From assembly GCF_004010195.1 (NCBI RefSeq), contig NC_057752.1, positions 764,123 to 828,122 of the forward strand: a stretch of 64,000 bases of DNA, in the 5' to 3' direction. Position 1 is the stretch's first letter, and the number at the start of each line of letters is the position of its first letter. Source of the DNA: Chiloscyllium plagiosum. Lineage: Eukaryota. The notes beneath the pieces were generated by a model. The model saw only the letters and a program-made list of their open reading frames with translations, was not told the DNA's origin and searched no databases. This document shows positions 12,514 to 24,237 of the stretch, in pieces. The position numbers and the translations under genes are program-made.

Positions 12514-12849
12514 TTTTTTTGTTTTGTTTTGTTTTTTTTTGCTTAATTACCCCCACACTACCGCCTAACTGCGGTAGTGCTTTTTTTTCCCCAGCACCCA
12601 TGTTGTGTGTGTGCAGGTGTGAGACACAGTGAAAGACACAAGGTGCACAGATCTTTATTCAGTTTCCACCACCAGGAAGAAAAGAAACACCCAAGTGGCC
12701 AGTGACAAGCAGTGCCCTTCACATCAAAGGGCAATGCTGCGGGATCGAACACTGAAGGGGATGGCAGGGATTAAATCAAAATAGAGTTGGAGGGGGAAAT
12801 AATGCACTCAGCACCCACCTCTCCCTGAACAGCACAAGGGTGTTGGTGT
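12514..12849 (-). mobile_element. Tx1-clade LINE (family A) 3' end, second insertion in LTR copy 1
   Basis: Poly(T)/(GTTTT)n tail followed by CCCCCACACTACC... 3' UTR, homologous to 11793-12080 and 22440-22750. Confidence 0.85.
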
Positions 12850-13477
12850 CTTGTAGATGGCTTTGGGGGGGGTCCTCTTTATATCTATCAGCCAGAGCTC
12901 CCTGATTGGATCAAGTTAACTGCCCCAGTCAGGGAACTCATTTTCTATGAGGTCCACTTGGCTGACCTCGTTACAATCACTACACAATTATCTCTCTTAA
13001 GCTTTTTGGTATCTCCACCTAAATATTTCCTCCATGGCTTGATGGTCATTTTCTTTTGATAATACCTCCATGAAGCATTTTGGCAAGTGTTTCTCTATTA
13101 AAGCTGCCATATGAATGCAAATTGCTACTTTCAGAGAGCAATCTTTGTTACTTGGCTCTGGTTGTGATGTAGAATGTCATTGTGATCATTTTGAAAAGAT
13201 AACTCTGCAGCCTGTTTATAAACGTATATATTTTGAAACTGCAGATATTTTCACAGCCATTTAATGGAAACTGTTAATATAAAATTGTACATCATGTGAG
13301 GATGAAGGCATAGCTCAGTGGGTAAGTGCACCACCTTGTGTTGTACTGAGCTATACCTGGAAGGATATGAATTGGTTTGTGCTGTGTTTGCTGGCCCTTG
13401 AATGATGCATTACAATTAGTGTTAGTTGAGAGGGCAACAATTAGTCAAAGATTTCAGCCCTGACCACAGCTAGAAAG

Positions 13478-13925
13478 TGGCTCTTGTGGTGCAGTATTAG
13501 TGGGAAAGAAGACTGGGCTTGTGTCCCATCTGCTCCAGAGGTGTGTTATAACATCTCTGAACAGGTCGATTAGGAAAAAAATATCCAGTTGAGGACAGAA
13601 AGGGCTCCTTTGATGCAGTCATATTGTCTCTATCTCTGAGCTTAGTGGCCCAAGTTCAAGTCCCACCTGCTCCAGAGGTGTGTCATAACATCTCTGAGTA
13701 TGTTATTAGATAAAAATCCTAATTCTTGGTCCAGGTGGAGGGCTCATGTGGTGTATTGGTAGAGTCCCTACCTCTGGGCTAGGAAATCTGAGTTCACATT
13801 CCACCTGCTGCAAAAATGTGTAATCATATCTCTGTTAATGGTTGATTAGAAAATATCTAAATGAGGACCAGTTTCCTACCTCCTGAGCCAGAAGGACTAG
13901 ATTCAAGGCCCTCTGCTCCAGAGGT
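13478..13925 (+). repeat. Head-to-tail cluster of about four short tRNA-like SINEs
   Basis: Unit GGCTC(N)TGTGGTGCAG...GTTCAAGTCCCACCTGCTCCAGAGGTGTGTCATAACATCTCTGA...AAATATC. Single copies at ~8291-8410, 21345-21430 and 57960-58045. Confidence 0.65.
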
Positions 13926-15693
13926 GAGTCAAAGTGTCTGGATGAGGGCAGGAATGGCCATGTGCATATGATGTTCCCCATGATCAAAAACCTTTTCACG
14001 CCTAGCAGTCTAAATTCACATGTGAAGGACAGCCACTTGAGCAAAGTAACAGAGGGTGTTGAATAAGTTTTTTTACACTAGATGCATGATACACATGCGG
14101 AAAGCCTTATCATTTTTAATAATCTGCAAATCAAGCTGCTGAGAAACCAGAGATTCTGTTTGCCTCATAGGGACACCACCACTTACCTCACCAAACACCT
14201 AACCACAAATTGGCACAGTCAAGTCTTGGGAACACCCACCATTGGAATTTAACTTATTTATTAATAGAGCTCCTTTGTACTTTCTCATTGTTAGTTCAGT
14301 AAAATTACTTTGCCTGATAGGTTGTTGGCTTCTCACTGAATCAGATCATATAAAATTCATTTGGCTCACCACACCTGTGGCAGGTCTCCTGATGCTATCC
14401 ATTTGAATTCCATTTCTCTGTTCTTTCCTCAAGTCTTTTCATACTTTTTATTTCTTAATACCCATTGAATTTTTATTTCCATCCCCCTCCAAACGTGGGG
14501 TGGTTCACTGCTCACTCATTTGAAATTAGAATTTATGCAGTACAGTTATTATGCTCAGAATGTGTTAAAAATGCTTTTGAAATACTATAGAAGTTTAAAT
14601 ATACATCATAACTGATGCAATGTATAGAAACTGTTGGCCAATTTGTTCATAGAAGGCTCTACAGACAGCAGTGAGGTAAATGACCAGTTGATCTGATAGC
14701 ATTATAGTAATGCTAAGGTGTGTGAAAATTACCACAAGCTACCTTTAATTCAGTTACTTATTAAGAAATCTCACAGACAATGAAATACTTAAATAATTAC
14801 TTAAACTTTATTGCGTGTAGCAACCAAAATAAGACCACTCAAGTAAGCAAGTTAAACATCACAACCCAACTTGGCTACTACCTGATTAGTGGTGGATTTC
14901 AACTAAAATTCCAACCAACAGCGTCTGTTTTTGGCTGTGTCCAGGGTTCGATCCTTATGTAGTGTTTTTCTCTGGAGTTCTGCTACTGAAGAATCCTAGA
15001 GTTGAATTCCTATAGTATTTTCTGTCTTTCAAGTTTATTGTGTGACATTATTGATGATCCTTTCCATTCTTTCATCCACAATATTGCAAGTCTGCAGCTT
15101 GGTTTCTTATAAGTAGCTTCCCTGCTCCTTGTCACATTTGGCATTGACTGCCTGTTTGAAGACACAACTTTTCTGCAATTAACTCCTTAAATTCTTCTGC
15201 AGGGCAATCATTTGACCTGGTGGCGTAAGGCATCTCGTTATCAAGCAGTTGTTGAAACAGTTTTGTTTATGTAGCTTCAACTCCTTTTTCCAGACATGGC
15301 TAATTGCTTTCAATTCCTGTGTAACAATTTGTCCTTATCCCTTAACAGTTTATTCCAAACAGAGTTGCTGCTGATTCTTTTAATCCATGATCGGTTATTA
15401 AAGTTCTGAAGTTTACATTATCTCAAAGGTAGACAGTTAAAAGATAACTGTTGACTCGGGAAATGAGAACTTTGCCTGCCCTTCTTCAAGTAGTGGCAAG
15501 GGATATTCTCCATTCTCCTAAGAGATCAGCTAGAGCCTTGGTTTAATGTCTTATCTGAAAGATGACATCTCTGACATTGCAGAACTCCCACAGTACTGTT
15601 GTGGGAAGGTCTGTCTACATTATGTGGTCGAAACCTGAAGGTTTTCTTTTATTACTCAGTCATGGGATATGGGCACTGCTACAAAAGCCAATA

Positions 15694-16265
15694 CAGTGGA
15701 AACTCGATTATCCAAACGTGATGGGCGGGCACTATTTCGTTCGGATAATTGATTATTTGGAAAATCGATTAAATACCTTTCCTCTGGGGCTCGGAGTTTT
15801 AAAATCTGATCCCTATTCAGGAGACTGCAGCAGCAAAACACCCCAATCCACCCCCACCCCTCTACGGGGCATACAGACTGCACACCAACAACAAGACTGC
15901 TGCTGCCTTTGTGGGGTAAGTCTCCAAATAGCGCACACACACACACACACACATTACTGCAAATTTTTGACGGGTTCCATGTTTGCCCTGTACAGGACAA
16001 TGTTGGAGAGATTATTCCTGGGAAGCGGGGGGTGGGGTGTTGGTTAGGGTATACCCCTTTGTAGGACTCCAGGGAAAATGTGGGGAGAGAGAGAGGGCGG
16101 GAGGTTAGTCATTTGGAGACGATGCCTATTTAATCACTGTAAACAAAAGATGCAATCACTGCTGGAAACAAGTCTTTGATGTAGTGTTTCTATTGGGACC
16201 TTGAGATCTCCTTCTGATAGTCCAATTTTCAGATAATTGGTATTCGGATAATCGAGTTTCCTCTG
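15694..16265. mobile_element. Non-autonomous Tc1/mariner (pogo/Tigger-like) DNA transposon (MITE)
   Basis: TIRs CAGTGGAAACTCGATTATCC / GGATAATCGAGTTTCCTCTG (19/20 match), TA on both sides, no transposase. Confidence 0.8.
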
Positions 16266-16869
16266 TATATATTGCTCATGAGAAGGTAGTGGTGTTCCAC
16301 CATTCTGGAGTATAACAGATTGGCTTGTTGGGTCATTTAGAAGGGCAGTTAAGAGTTAGCCAGATTGCTATGGTCTGGATCACATGAGGCCAGACCAAGT
16401 AAGAACCATCCCTAAAGGATACTAGTGAACCAGATGAGGTGTTACAAGAATCTGGTTGTTTCATGGTCACTGATACCAGATTTATTGAATTTACATGAAA
16501 TATCCTTGCTGCTCTGATGGGATTTGAATCTGTGGATCATTAGTTCAGGCAGCTCAGTAATTGATTCAGTAACATTACCATCATGTCTCCTACCCTTATG
16601 TTTTTTGACTTGATGGCAAGAGTGCTACCCACTGGATGACATCATTGGAGGGCTGAAACACATGTTGAGGAATGGTATCACACATCACCGAGATTACACA
16701 CTGATGAGTTTTAGAGGTCATCTAACTTCTGCTTTTGAGTACAACCAGTGGACTTAGACCATAAACCATCAGATCAAGTGTTTATTTGCAGAAAACTTGA
16801 AGCAGTTTGTTTTTTTAAAAAGTCTATTTGTCTGAAGAATTTATTGTGTATGCACTGTGTCTCTGCTAG

Positions 16870-16955
16870 GTGGTCGATACAAAAAGGAAATCAATGTCAA
16901 TGGTCAGAGCCATTTGCTGCTGATCAGGGATGAAGGAGGTCCTCCAGATGCACAG
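16870..16955 (+). CDS. AGAP2: AGAP2 exon ([28 protein letters not shown])
   Basis: ctag acceptor and CAG|gtacgt donor; 86 nt, phase 1-0; [15 protein letters not shown] motif. Confidence 0.93.
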
Positions 16956-17339
16956 GTACGTGTCTAACACAGCTATTGAAAGCGAGGCATATTGATCTAC
17001 ATGAGGGAGAGATTAGCCCTACTATAATCAGCTTCTCATGAAAAAAGACATAAGTAGGGTTGGCTGGAGTCATTATACACACAAACTTTAATCATTGAGC
17101 CTCAGGCTGTCTGAGAGTTTCCATATCAAAAGTAAGTTGTTTCCCATGCAATACCATGACAATGTGAGGTGGGCTGAGAAAATAAAACTGACAAATAAGG
17201 ATCATCAGACATTTAAGTTTGTGTTGTAACATCTGTGATGTAAAACTAAGCAGAATGTTCTGGCGTACAGCTACTGTCTGTCTATGAATTGTTGGCTGTG
17301 GACCAGTTGATAATATTATTTTCTTCGGAGTCACAAGGT

Positions 17340-17860
17340 TCCAGGTACAAGTCCCATTCGATTGTGAGCATCAACTCAAGGTTAACACTTCAGTGCAGCA
17401 ATGAGGGAGCACTGCATTGACAGAGAGGGCTGCTTAGACAGTAAACTAAGGCCCCGTTTGCCATCCTTAGGTGGATGTAAAGGATCCTATTTTGAAAAGT
17501 GTTCATTCACTGTCACTAGGTCAAAATTCTAGAACTGTCTTCCTACACCTGTCTCTACACCCCAACGACTGCAGTGGTTCAAGAAGGTGGCGCACACTAC
17601 CTTCTCCAGGGCAATTAGGGATGGGCAGTCAATAATGGCTGAGCCAGCAACTCCCACATTCCATGAATGAATTCAAAAAAGACTCGGATAATTTTACCCC
17701 ATGTCCCAACTAATGTTTATCCTCCAGTCAACATCATAAAAATAGATTATTGGGTCATTATCAATTTGATGTTTGTGATCATTTTTTGGCTGCTGCATTG
17801 CTTACATTACAACAGAGACTACATTTTCAAAGTAGTGCTTTGAAAAGTCTGGTATTGTGA
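17340..17860 (+). repeat. Decayed DeuSINE-core SINE (SacSINE1/AmnSINE-like) with an inserted LINE tail
   Basis: TAAACTAAGGCCCCGTTTGCC...AGGTGGATGTAAAGGATCC resembles the Deu core; related pieces at ~15500-15600(-) and 45450-45515. Confidence 0.5.
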
Positions 17861-18017
17861 AAAGTGCTTTATATATACAAGTTATTTTATTGATGGTTAT
17901 TCTCAATCAGGAGGCAGTGGGAAGGATGATTTGTTTCAGCAAGGTTGTCTTCTGATAGCAATTACCCTCTGATAGAAATTTGATATTTGGTGAATGGCAA
18001 ATGGAGGACAGAGTCCA

Positions 18018-18115
18018 CATCCTGATGAAGGGCTTTTGCCCGAAACGTTGATTTCGAAGCTCCTTGGATGCTGCCTGAACTGCTGTGCTCTTCCAGCACC
18101 ACTAATCCAGAATCT
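18018..18115 (+). mobile_element. Penelope-like terminal fragment with a minimal hammerhead motif
   Basis: ATC-CTGATGA-A-GGGC-TTTT-GCCC-GAAA-CG-TT-GAT. Confidence 0.6.
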
Positions 18116-18235
18116 TGCCTGTAATGTCCAGTGTGGTTGAATAGCCTGCTACAATCCCTGTTTAAATACACACATGAGAAATGGCCATTCAGAAAAGGTG
18201 CCAGGCAGTGTTAGTACTAGATCCCAGGAAGAAGA

Positions 18236-18580
18236 CAACACGGTGGCTCAGTGGTAGCACTGTTGCCTCACAGTACCGGGAATTTGGGTTTGATTTCAAC
18301 CTCAGGCAATGGTCTGTGTTGAATTGCACATTCTCCGTGTGTCTGCCTAGGTTTCCTCTGGGTGCGCTGGTTTCCTCCCATAGTCCAAAGATGTGCAGGT
18401 TAGGTGGATTGGCCATGGGAAATTGTCTGTAGTGTGTAGGCTAGGTGGGTTAGCCATGATAAACGCAGGGTTACAGGGATAGGGTTTGGGGGTGGGTCTG
18501 AGTGGGATGCTCTTTAGAGGGTTGATGTGGATTCGATGGGCTGAATGACCTGCTTGTACACTGTAGGGATCCTATGATTC
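18236..18580 (+). mobile_element. HE1-related SINE, diverged
   Basis: CGGTGGCTCAGTGGTAGCAC head and an HE1-like body. Confidence 0.75.
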
Positions 18581-20892
18581 AGGAGAGTGGGGCAGTAAAT
18601 TACAGGCATAGAAGTTGAGTAGGATTGGAGACGTTGAACTGAATCAAACGAAAGGGAGCATTTTCAAACTGAAAAAGCAATTAACTTCACAGATTCTTGC
18701 ACAAAATCAGTGTTTGGGGGAGAGGATGCAGAATTCAAATATACACTGAAAATATTGGCCTCCGGCATTGTGACAATTAAGCCTCATGCCTCATTGGCAG
18801 TCACAGATTTTCTGATGAATGCAAATCAGAGGGGCCTATTGCAGTTTGTTGGTCAGGTTCTAAATGATTCTGGCTAGTTCCAGCCATGGTTCCTGCATGT
18901 TTTCTTTCTGGTGGGGTGGGGGTGTGGTGAAGGGGGTGTTCCCAGAGAAGAGATTTCCATATCATTTTCATAGAGCAGGGAGGACTAGGAATGGGGATAG
19001 CTCAGTGCTCCAATGTAATAGCTCACACATGTATGGGAATTAAAATGTACTCCCTGACCCTGTGTTAATTTAAAACAGTTAAAATACAGGTTCCTGATAT
19101 TGAATTTCCTGCCCACTGTGTTTCTTTGTCTTTAGGAAGAAAAGATTTTATTATAAACTATTTCAAACCTTTTTTTTCCCTCCAGTGGTTTGAATAAAGG
19201 AAGTATTAAAATTTTAAATGCCATTAAATGTTTGAACTTGTCTGGCTTTAAATTCCCACAGGCATGATAAGCTGTTACATTAATATAGTGCTGATTGATG
19301 GGCTATACTCCACTTTTATAATGGGTCCATTTTCCACAATAAAAGCACTCTGCCATTGAACAATCGGCAAGCTATCATCGCCTGGCATAATAGTTAAAAG
19401 ATCAGTTATTGTGCCTCATAATTATTTATATACAACAATTTGATTTATTATGGACTGTGTGGAAATTTTCCTATGCTTGGCAGATTTCAGGGATAGCCTG
19501 AGCCTGAAGCCAACCTGCCATGGTACAAACAAATGATTGAGACAGACCGAAGTAGTTAGTTAAATAAGAATTGCCTCCTGGGCACAGCTCAGTTGCATGC
19601 TTTGTGATTTTTTTACACCTGGAGTACCAAACGGGGAGACGCTGAAGCTTAGTCATTCTTCCTTTGATCCTTTTGTTCCTCCATTCTTGCCATTACTATT
19701 GTAGAATATTACAGCACAAAGACGGTTGGGCCCATTTTTGATAGGTGCTGTTGATTCTGTTTGCACCATCCTATCTGGCATTACAAAACTACCCGTCACC
19801 TATAACAGTTAGGAATACTATAAGGTATTGGCCCCATATCTTTTTTTTTATTCATTGACGGGATGAGGGCATCACAGGCTAGGCTAGCATTTATTGCCCA
19901 TCCCAGAGGGTAGTTAAGAATCAATCTAATTGCTGGAGTCAAACTTAGGCCAGACCAGGTAAGGATGGCAGTTAGATTAGTCAACCAGATGGGTATTTCT
20001 TGACAATCGACAATGGATTAATGGTCATCATTAGACTCTCAATTCCAGATTTTTATTTAATTCAAATTCTACCAGCTGCCATGTCAGGATTCGAACCTGG
20101 GTCCCCTGAACATTACCTGGATCTCTGGTCCAGCAGTAATACTGCTCCCTATCTGCACTTATAGTAGCAATATTCAAGCGGTTCACAGTTCCAGCATACC
20201 ATCAATATTTCTAACTTCTCTGTAGTAAACAGCAGGATTGGAACATCTACTCGCCATTTTCCTATTGTTTCAGTTTTCTTTCTTTCTATTTTTAAGTAAA
20301 TGATCTGTGCTTCTTTCAGATAGCAGTTCTGTGATCTGTTCCTGTGCCCTACATATTTCTGTCTGGTTATAGCAATTCCAGTCACAAGCATGTTACACAT
20401 ATAGAATTAACAGGACCTATTTTCACTCACCCATAGCTTCCAGTTATTTTTCCTCACATCCCTGGGACAGGGTGCAGTTCAGTGGGCATTCATTATCTTA
20501 CTGAAATGCCTTATTACAAATATCAATAAACAAATTATTTGACTATACAGGGCATTACAGCTAAGTCAAGGTATATTTTCATCTGACATGCATATAAATG
20601 AGGGAGTCAGTTAGTTTAGTTGGCTGCTGGCTAATTTGAGTGACGCTAACAGCTTAGGTTCAATTCCTGTACCAGCTGAGGGCACCATGATATCTCCACA
20701 TTTCTAACCTCGCCCTTCATTCGAAACATGATTACCTTCAAGTTAAATTAAGCACCAGTCACTTCTTTTTAATAAGAGAGCATCCTATGGCCCTCTGGGA
20801 CTATGGCATCTCTCAGTTAACTGACGTGTGCTTCCATTGGTTGCCATGGATTTGCAATGAGGAACTAGAAACGTCCAACTGTATACTGGATT

Positions 20893-21047
20893 GGAGAAAG
20901 TGAGGACAACAGATGCTGGAGATCAGAGTCGAGAGTGTGATGTTGGAACGACACGACAGGTCAGGCAGCATCCGACGAGCAGGAGAATCAACATTTCAGG
21001 CATAAGCCCTTCAAGAATTTCTTCAAGGTAGGCATCCCTGATGAAGG
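20893..21047. mobile_element. Short Penelope-like fragment
   Basis: GGAGAAAGTGAGGAC... terminus; flanked by the ACTGTATACTGGAT duplication. Confidence 0.65.
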
Positions 21048-21813
21048 ACTGTATACTGGATATCTTGTTTTACCAAACCAGCTGAGTTACCATGAAGGAT
21101 TCTCTTTCTCAATCTCTTCTCTCACCTGAGGTGTGGTGACCCTCTGGTTAAACCACCACTAGTCATCTCTGTGGTGAGAGAGCAGCTTATGGTCTGGTAA
21201 GACTATGGAAACTTTACTTTTACTTTATTTCACCGAAATCATGACTGAAAAGAAGAACATTCAATCCATTACACCTGTGCTGGTGCTCACTCATCAGCTG
21301 GAGCAGCCAACTTGAATTCCACGAGGCAACACTTTCATTAGATATTACCCCTGAACTGGGAGGTCTGGGTTCAAGTCCCATCTGCTTCGGAGATGTGTAA
21401 TAATATCTCTGAACAGGTTGATTTGAAAAATAGTTGTAAAAAAAAAATAGACTGGTAATCCACTACCCCAGGATAATGTTCTCTGAAATGGGCTCCAATC
21501 CCACCATGGCAAAGGTGAAACTTAAATTCCATAAATATCTGGAATTAAAAACTAGCTTAATGATAATTACAAAACCATTGTCAATTCTTGTTAAAACCCA
21601 CCTGGTTTACTAATATCCTTTAGGGAAGAAAATCTACCATCCTTACCCAACTGGTTTATAATTGACTCCAGATCCACAGTAATGTAGGTGACTCTTAACT
21701 TCTCTCTGAAACAGCCCTAGCAAAACACTCAATTCAAGGGAAATAAGTGATGGCAACAGATGCCGAATTCTGCAACAACAATTTTTAAAATTATTCAATT
21801 TTTTCCCTTACAG

Positions 21814-21955
21814 TTTTCAACCTGGGTGGATGCTGTTATATTTGTCTTCAGCTTGGAAAATGAGAAGAGCTTTGAGGCCATTTACAATTACTACACCAGA
21901 CTCGCGAGCTACCGGAATACAGCTGAGATTGCTGTGATGCTGGTGGGATCACAGG
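21814..21955 (+). CDS. AGAP2: AGAP2 exon ([48 protein letters not shown])
   Basis: Polypyrimidine tract and cag acceptor, G|gtaagt donor; 142 nt, phase 0-1. Confidence 0.95.
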
Positions 21956-22215
21956 GTAAGTAAATTTTAGCAATGCTCCATCTCTGTCATATCTCAGTGC
22001 TGGTTGCTGTTTAGGGAAATTAGGGTAGGGAGGGAAATTCTTTAACTGATGGAGGAGTGGTTAGGGAAAACAAAAGAAGCCTTCTTCCAGCTTGCTCTCC
22101 CTACTTACAAAGTCCGACATTTCAAAGCCTTTTCCTGCTCTCAAAATCAGTGGGGTTCTCATTGAATTCCACCTTTATGTGTCAATGTTATCATTGGGTC
22201 CTGGCTGCTATTTTA

Positions 22216-23240
22216 TCAAATAACTCCACAGAGGCCAGTATCCTGATAACAATTCACCTTTTATTTACATGCGGAGAGTCCTTGACATTGATCCAGCTCC
22301 CTCAGAGCCAGCTCTCAGAGTGAACAGTACACTGACACTCCTGTTCTTTTTTTTTCTCGTTTTTTTTATGCTGTGTGATCAAAACAGTGAAAGGGAGGGT
22401 AAAGCAATCCTGTTTATTTTTTATTTTTTTTTTATTCTAACCCCCACACTACCACCTAAGTGCGGTAGTGCTTACTTTTCCCCCAGCACCCATGGTGTGT
22501 GTGTGTGCAGGTGTGAGACACAGTGAGAGACACAAGGTGCACGAATCTTTATTCAATTTCCACCACCAGGAAGATAGGAAAACACCCGGGTGGCCAGTGA
22601 CAAACACTGCCCTTCACATCAAAGGACAGTGCTGTGTGATCAAAACAGTGAAGGGGAGGGTAGGGACTAAATCAAAATAGAATTGGAGGGAGAAACGATG
22701 CACTCCACTCCCTGCGGCGCCCACCTCTCCCAGAACAACTCCAGGGTGTTGGTCGACGCCGCGTGCTCCTTCTCCAAGGACACCCGGGCTCCAACGTAAC
22801 CGCGGAAGAGGGACAGGCAGTCGGCCCACAGCGCCACAGAACAAGCAGTTGGGCTGGGAGTCCGTGAACCATCGCAATCTGCGGTTGCAGGGGGCTGCTG
22901 CGTGCAGCACCCTCCACCCCAGATCCCCGAGAGAAAGGGGGAGGACTCCCGCGTAGAGAGCCCTCCACTGGGGATCCCCACCGCCCGGTGGCAAATGGGC
23001 ACGCCAAGGCGTGTCCGGACGGTGGATGAGGGAGAAGAGGTGGACGGTGTGCAGCAGCAGTCTATACAGGGCCCTTCTTTTCACATCCCTAAATGAGACA
23101 AAATTAAAATTCCGAAGGCGGCTCAGGTTGTGGGGCGCAGGCTCCCGCGGGGCACAGGCTTCCGCAGGGACACTCCTGTTCTTAACTGTCAGCCAGGGCT
23201 CACTGATTGGACCAGATTAACAACCCCAGTCAAGAGGACC
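22216..23240 (-). mobile_element. Solo-LTR-like repeat (copy 2, truncated), interrupted by Tx1
   Basis: AAATAACTCCACAG...TTTATTTACA...CCAGCTCCCTCAGAGCCAGCTCTCAGAGTGAA and TCAGCCAGGGCTCACTGATTGGACCAG...CCCCAGTCA match the two halves of 11618-12984. Confidence 0.7.
22349..23168 (-). mobile_element. Tx1-clade LINE (family A), 5'-truncated, internally deleted
   Basis: HRPDTPWR...PQWRALY...GDLGWRVLH...CLFCG (zf-RVT region) and the C-terminus LFWERWAPQGVEC. Poly(A) tail and 15-bp TSD GACACTCCTGTTCTT (22334-22348, 23169-23183). Confidence 0.9.
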
Positions 23241-24237
23241 ATCTGGCAGACCTCCTTACATTCTCTATATTTAATGTTTTATTTTCTGAGTTGGGAGGTC
23301 ACTACAGTTTTGCCATCAGGGAAAGTTAAGTAATAAAGGGATTGGGACCAGAAGTGGCTATTCAAAATAAGCTTATTTTAATTCTATTTTGTGGCCAGGC
23401 ACAGCAGAAGTCTAGGCCCCACAAGAAAAGCTGAGCTCTCTCCTGGAGTGACCCTGCCTCTTCTGTCTGCTCCCATAAGATTCTATCTCAGAGCCCCTCC
23501 CCTCTTCCCCTATGTGTTGTGGGCATCTCCTTCCCACTTATCTGGGCAGGAAGTGAATCAGCAATAAGTTAGTAAGATCCATTTTCTGTTGTGGTGAGTG
23601 AGTTTCTAAATAATGCAAAAGCAAATGTACTGCAGATATTGGAAACCTGAAATAAAAGCAGAAAATGCTGGAAACACTCAGCAGGCCAGGCAGCCTCTAC
23701 AAAGAGAGGAGCAAGAGTTTAATTCAGGTTCATAACTTCTGACTTCACAGGTAACGTAGGTCACACTTTCCAAAGCACTTCCTCTGTTTCAAGTGAACTC
23801 ACCTGTCCAGAAATGGGGTCAGGGCTGAGATATCTGTAAAGAGATTTTCCACAGTTGTAGTTTTGCTTATTATAACACAGTCAGCCAGAATCTAAAGTAC
23901 TAGCAACCTGAGAATATTTTTTTTTCAGCCAAATGCACTGTTCCTTTGAGACACACTGGTGTGGTTCAGTAATGCAGTCCCCCAGCAAGAGGAAACTAGA
24001 GATGTAGCATTCGACAAAAACAAGTTTCAGCCTATTGTCCACCAGCTACACCCTGTCCTCCAGGCATTGACTGTTTACTTGCAATACTATTCTCTGCCAT
24101 CAACTGTCTGACTCTATACAGTGCTCTGCTTAAGTGGTCATTTGTCACAAGAAGTATTGGTGCCACAGAAGGCAAATCCTGCTCTTGCCTGACACAGTTT
24201 CTCCCGCCATTCTGAAATTCCATTCCAATGCCTGCAC

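Larger units (their letters stand above)
11618..12984 (-). mobile_element. Solo-LTR-like repeat (copy 1), interrupted by multiple insertions
   Basis: Minus strand reads TGTAGTG...CCAATC (12904-12909)...GATATAAAG (~12877-12885)...AATAAA (11656-11661)...ATTTCA. Termini are TG...CA and flanks are CAGT/CAAT (near 4-bp TSD). Homologous to 22216-23240. Confidence 0.7.

Noticed and set aside
15562..16047. 161-aa ORF as a transposase
   Set aside because: No DDE or HTH motifs; it is a chance ORF across the MITE.
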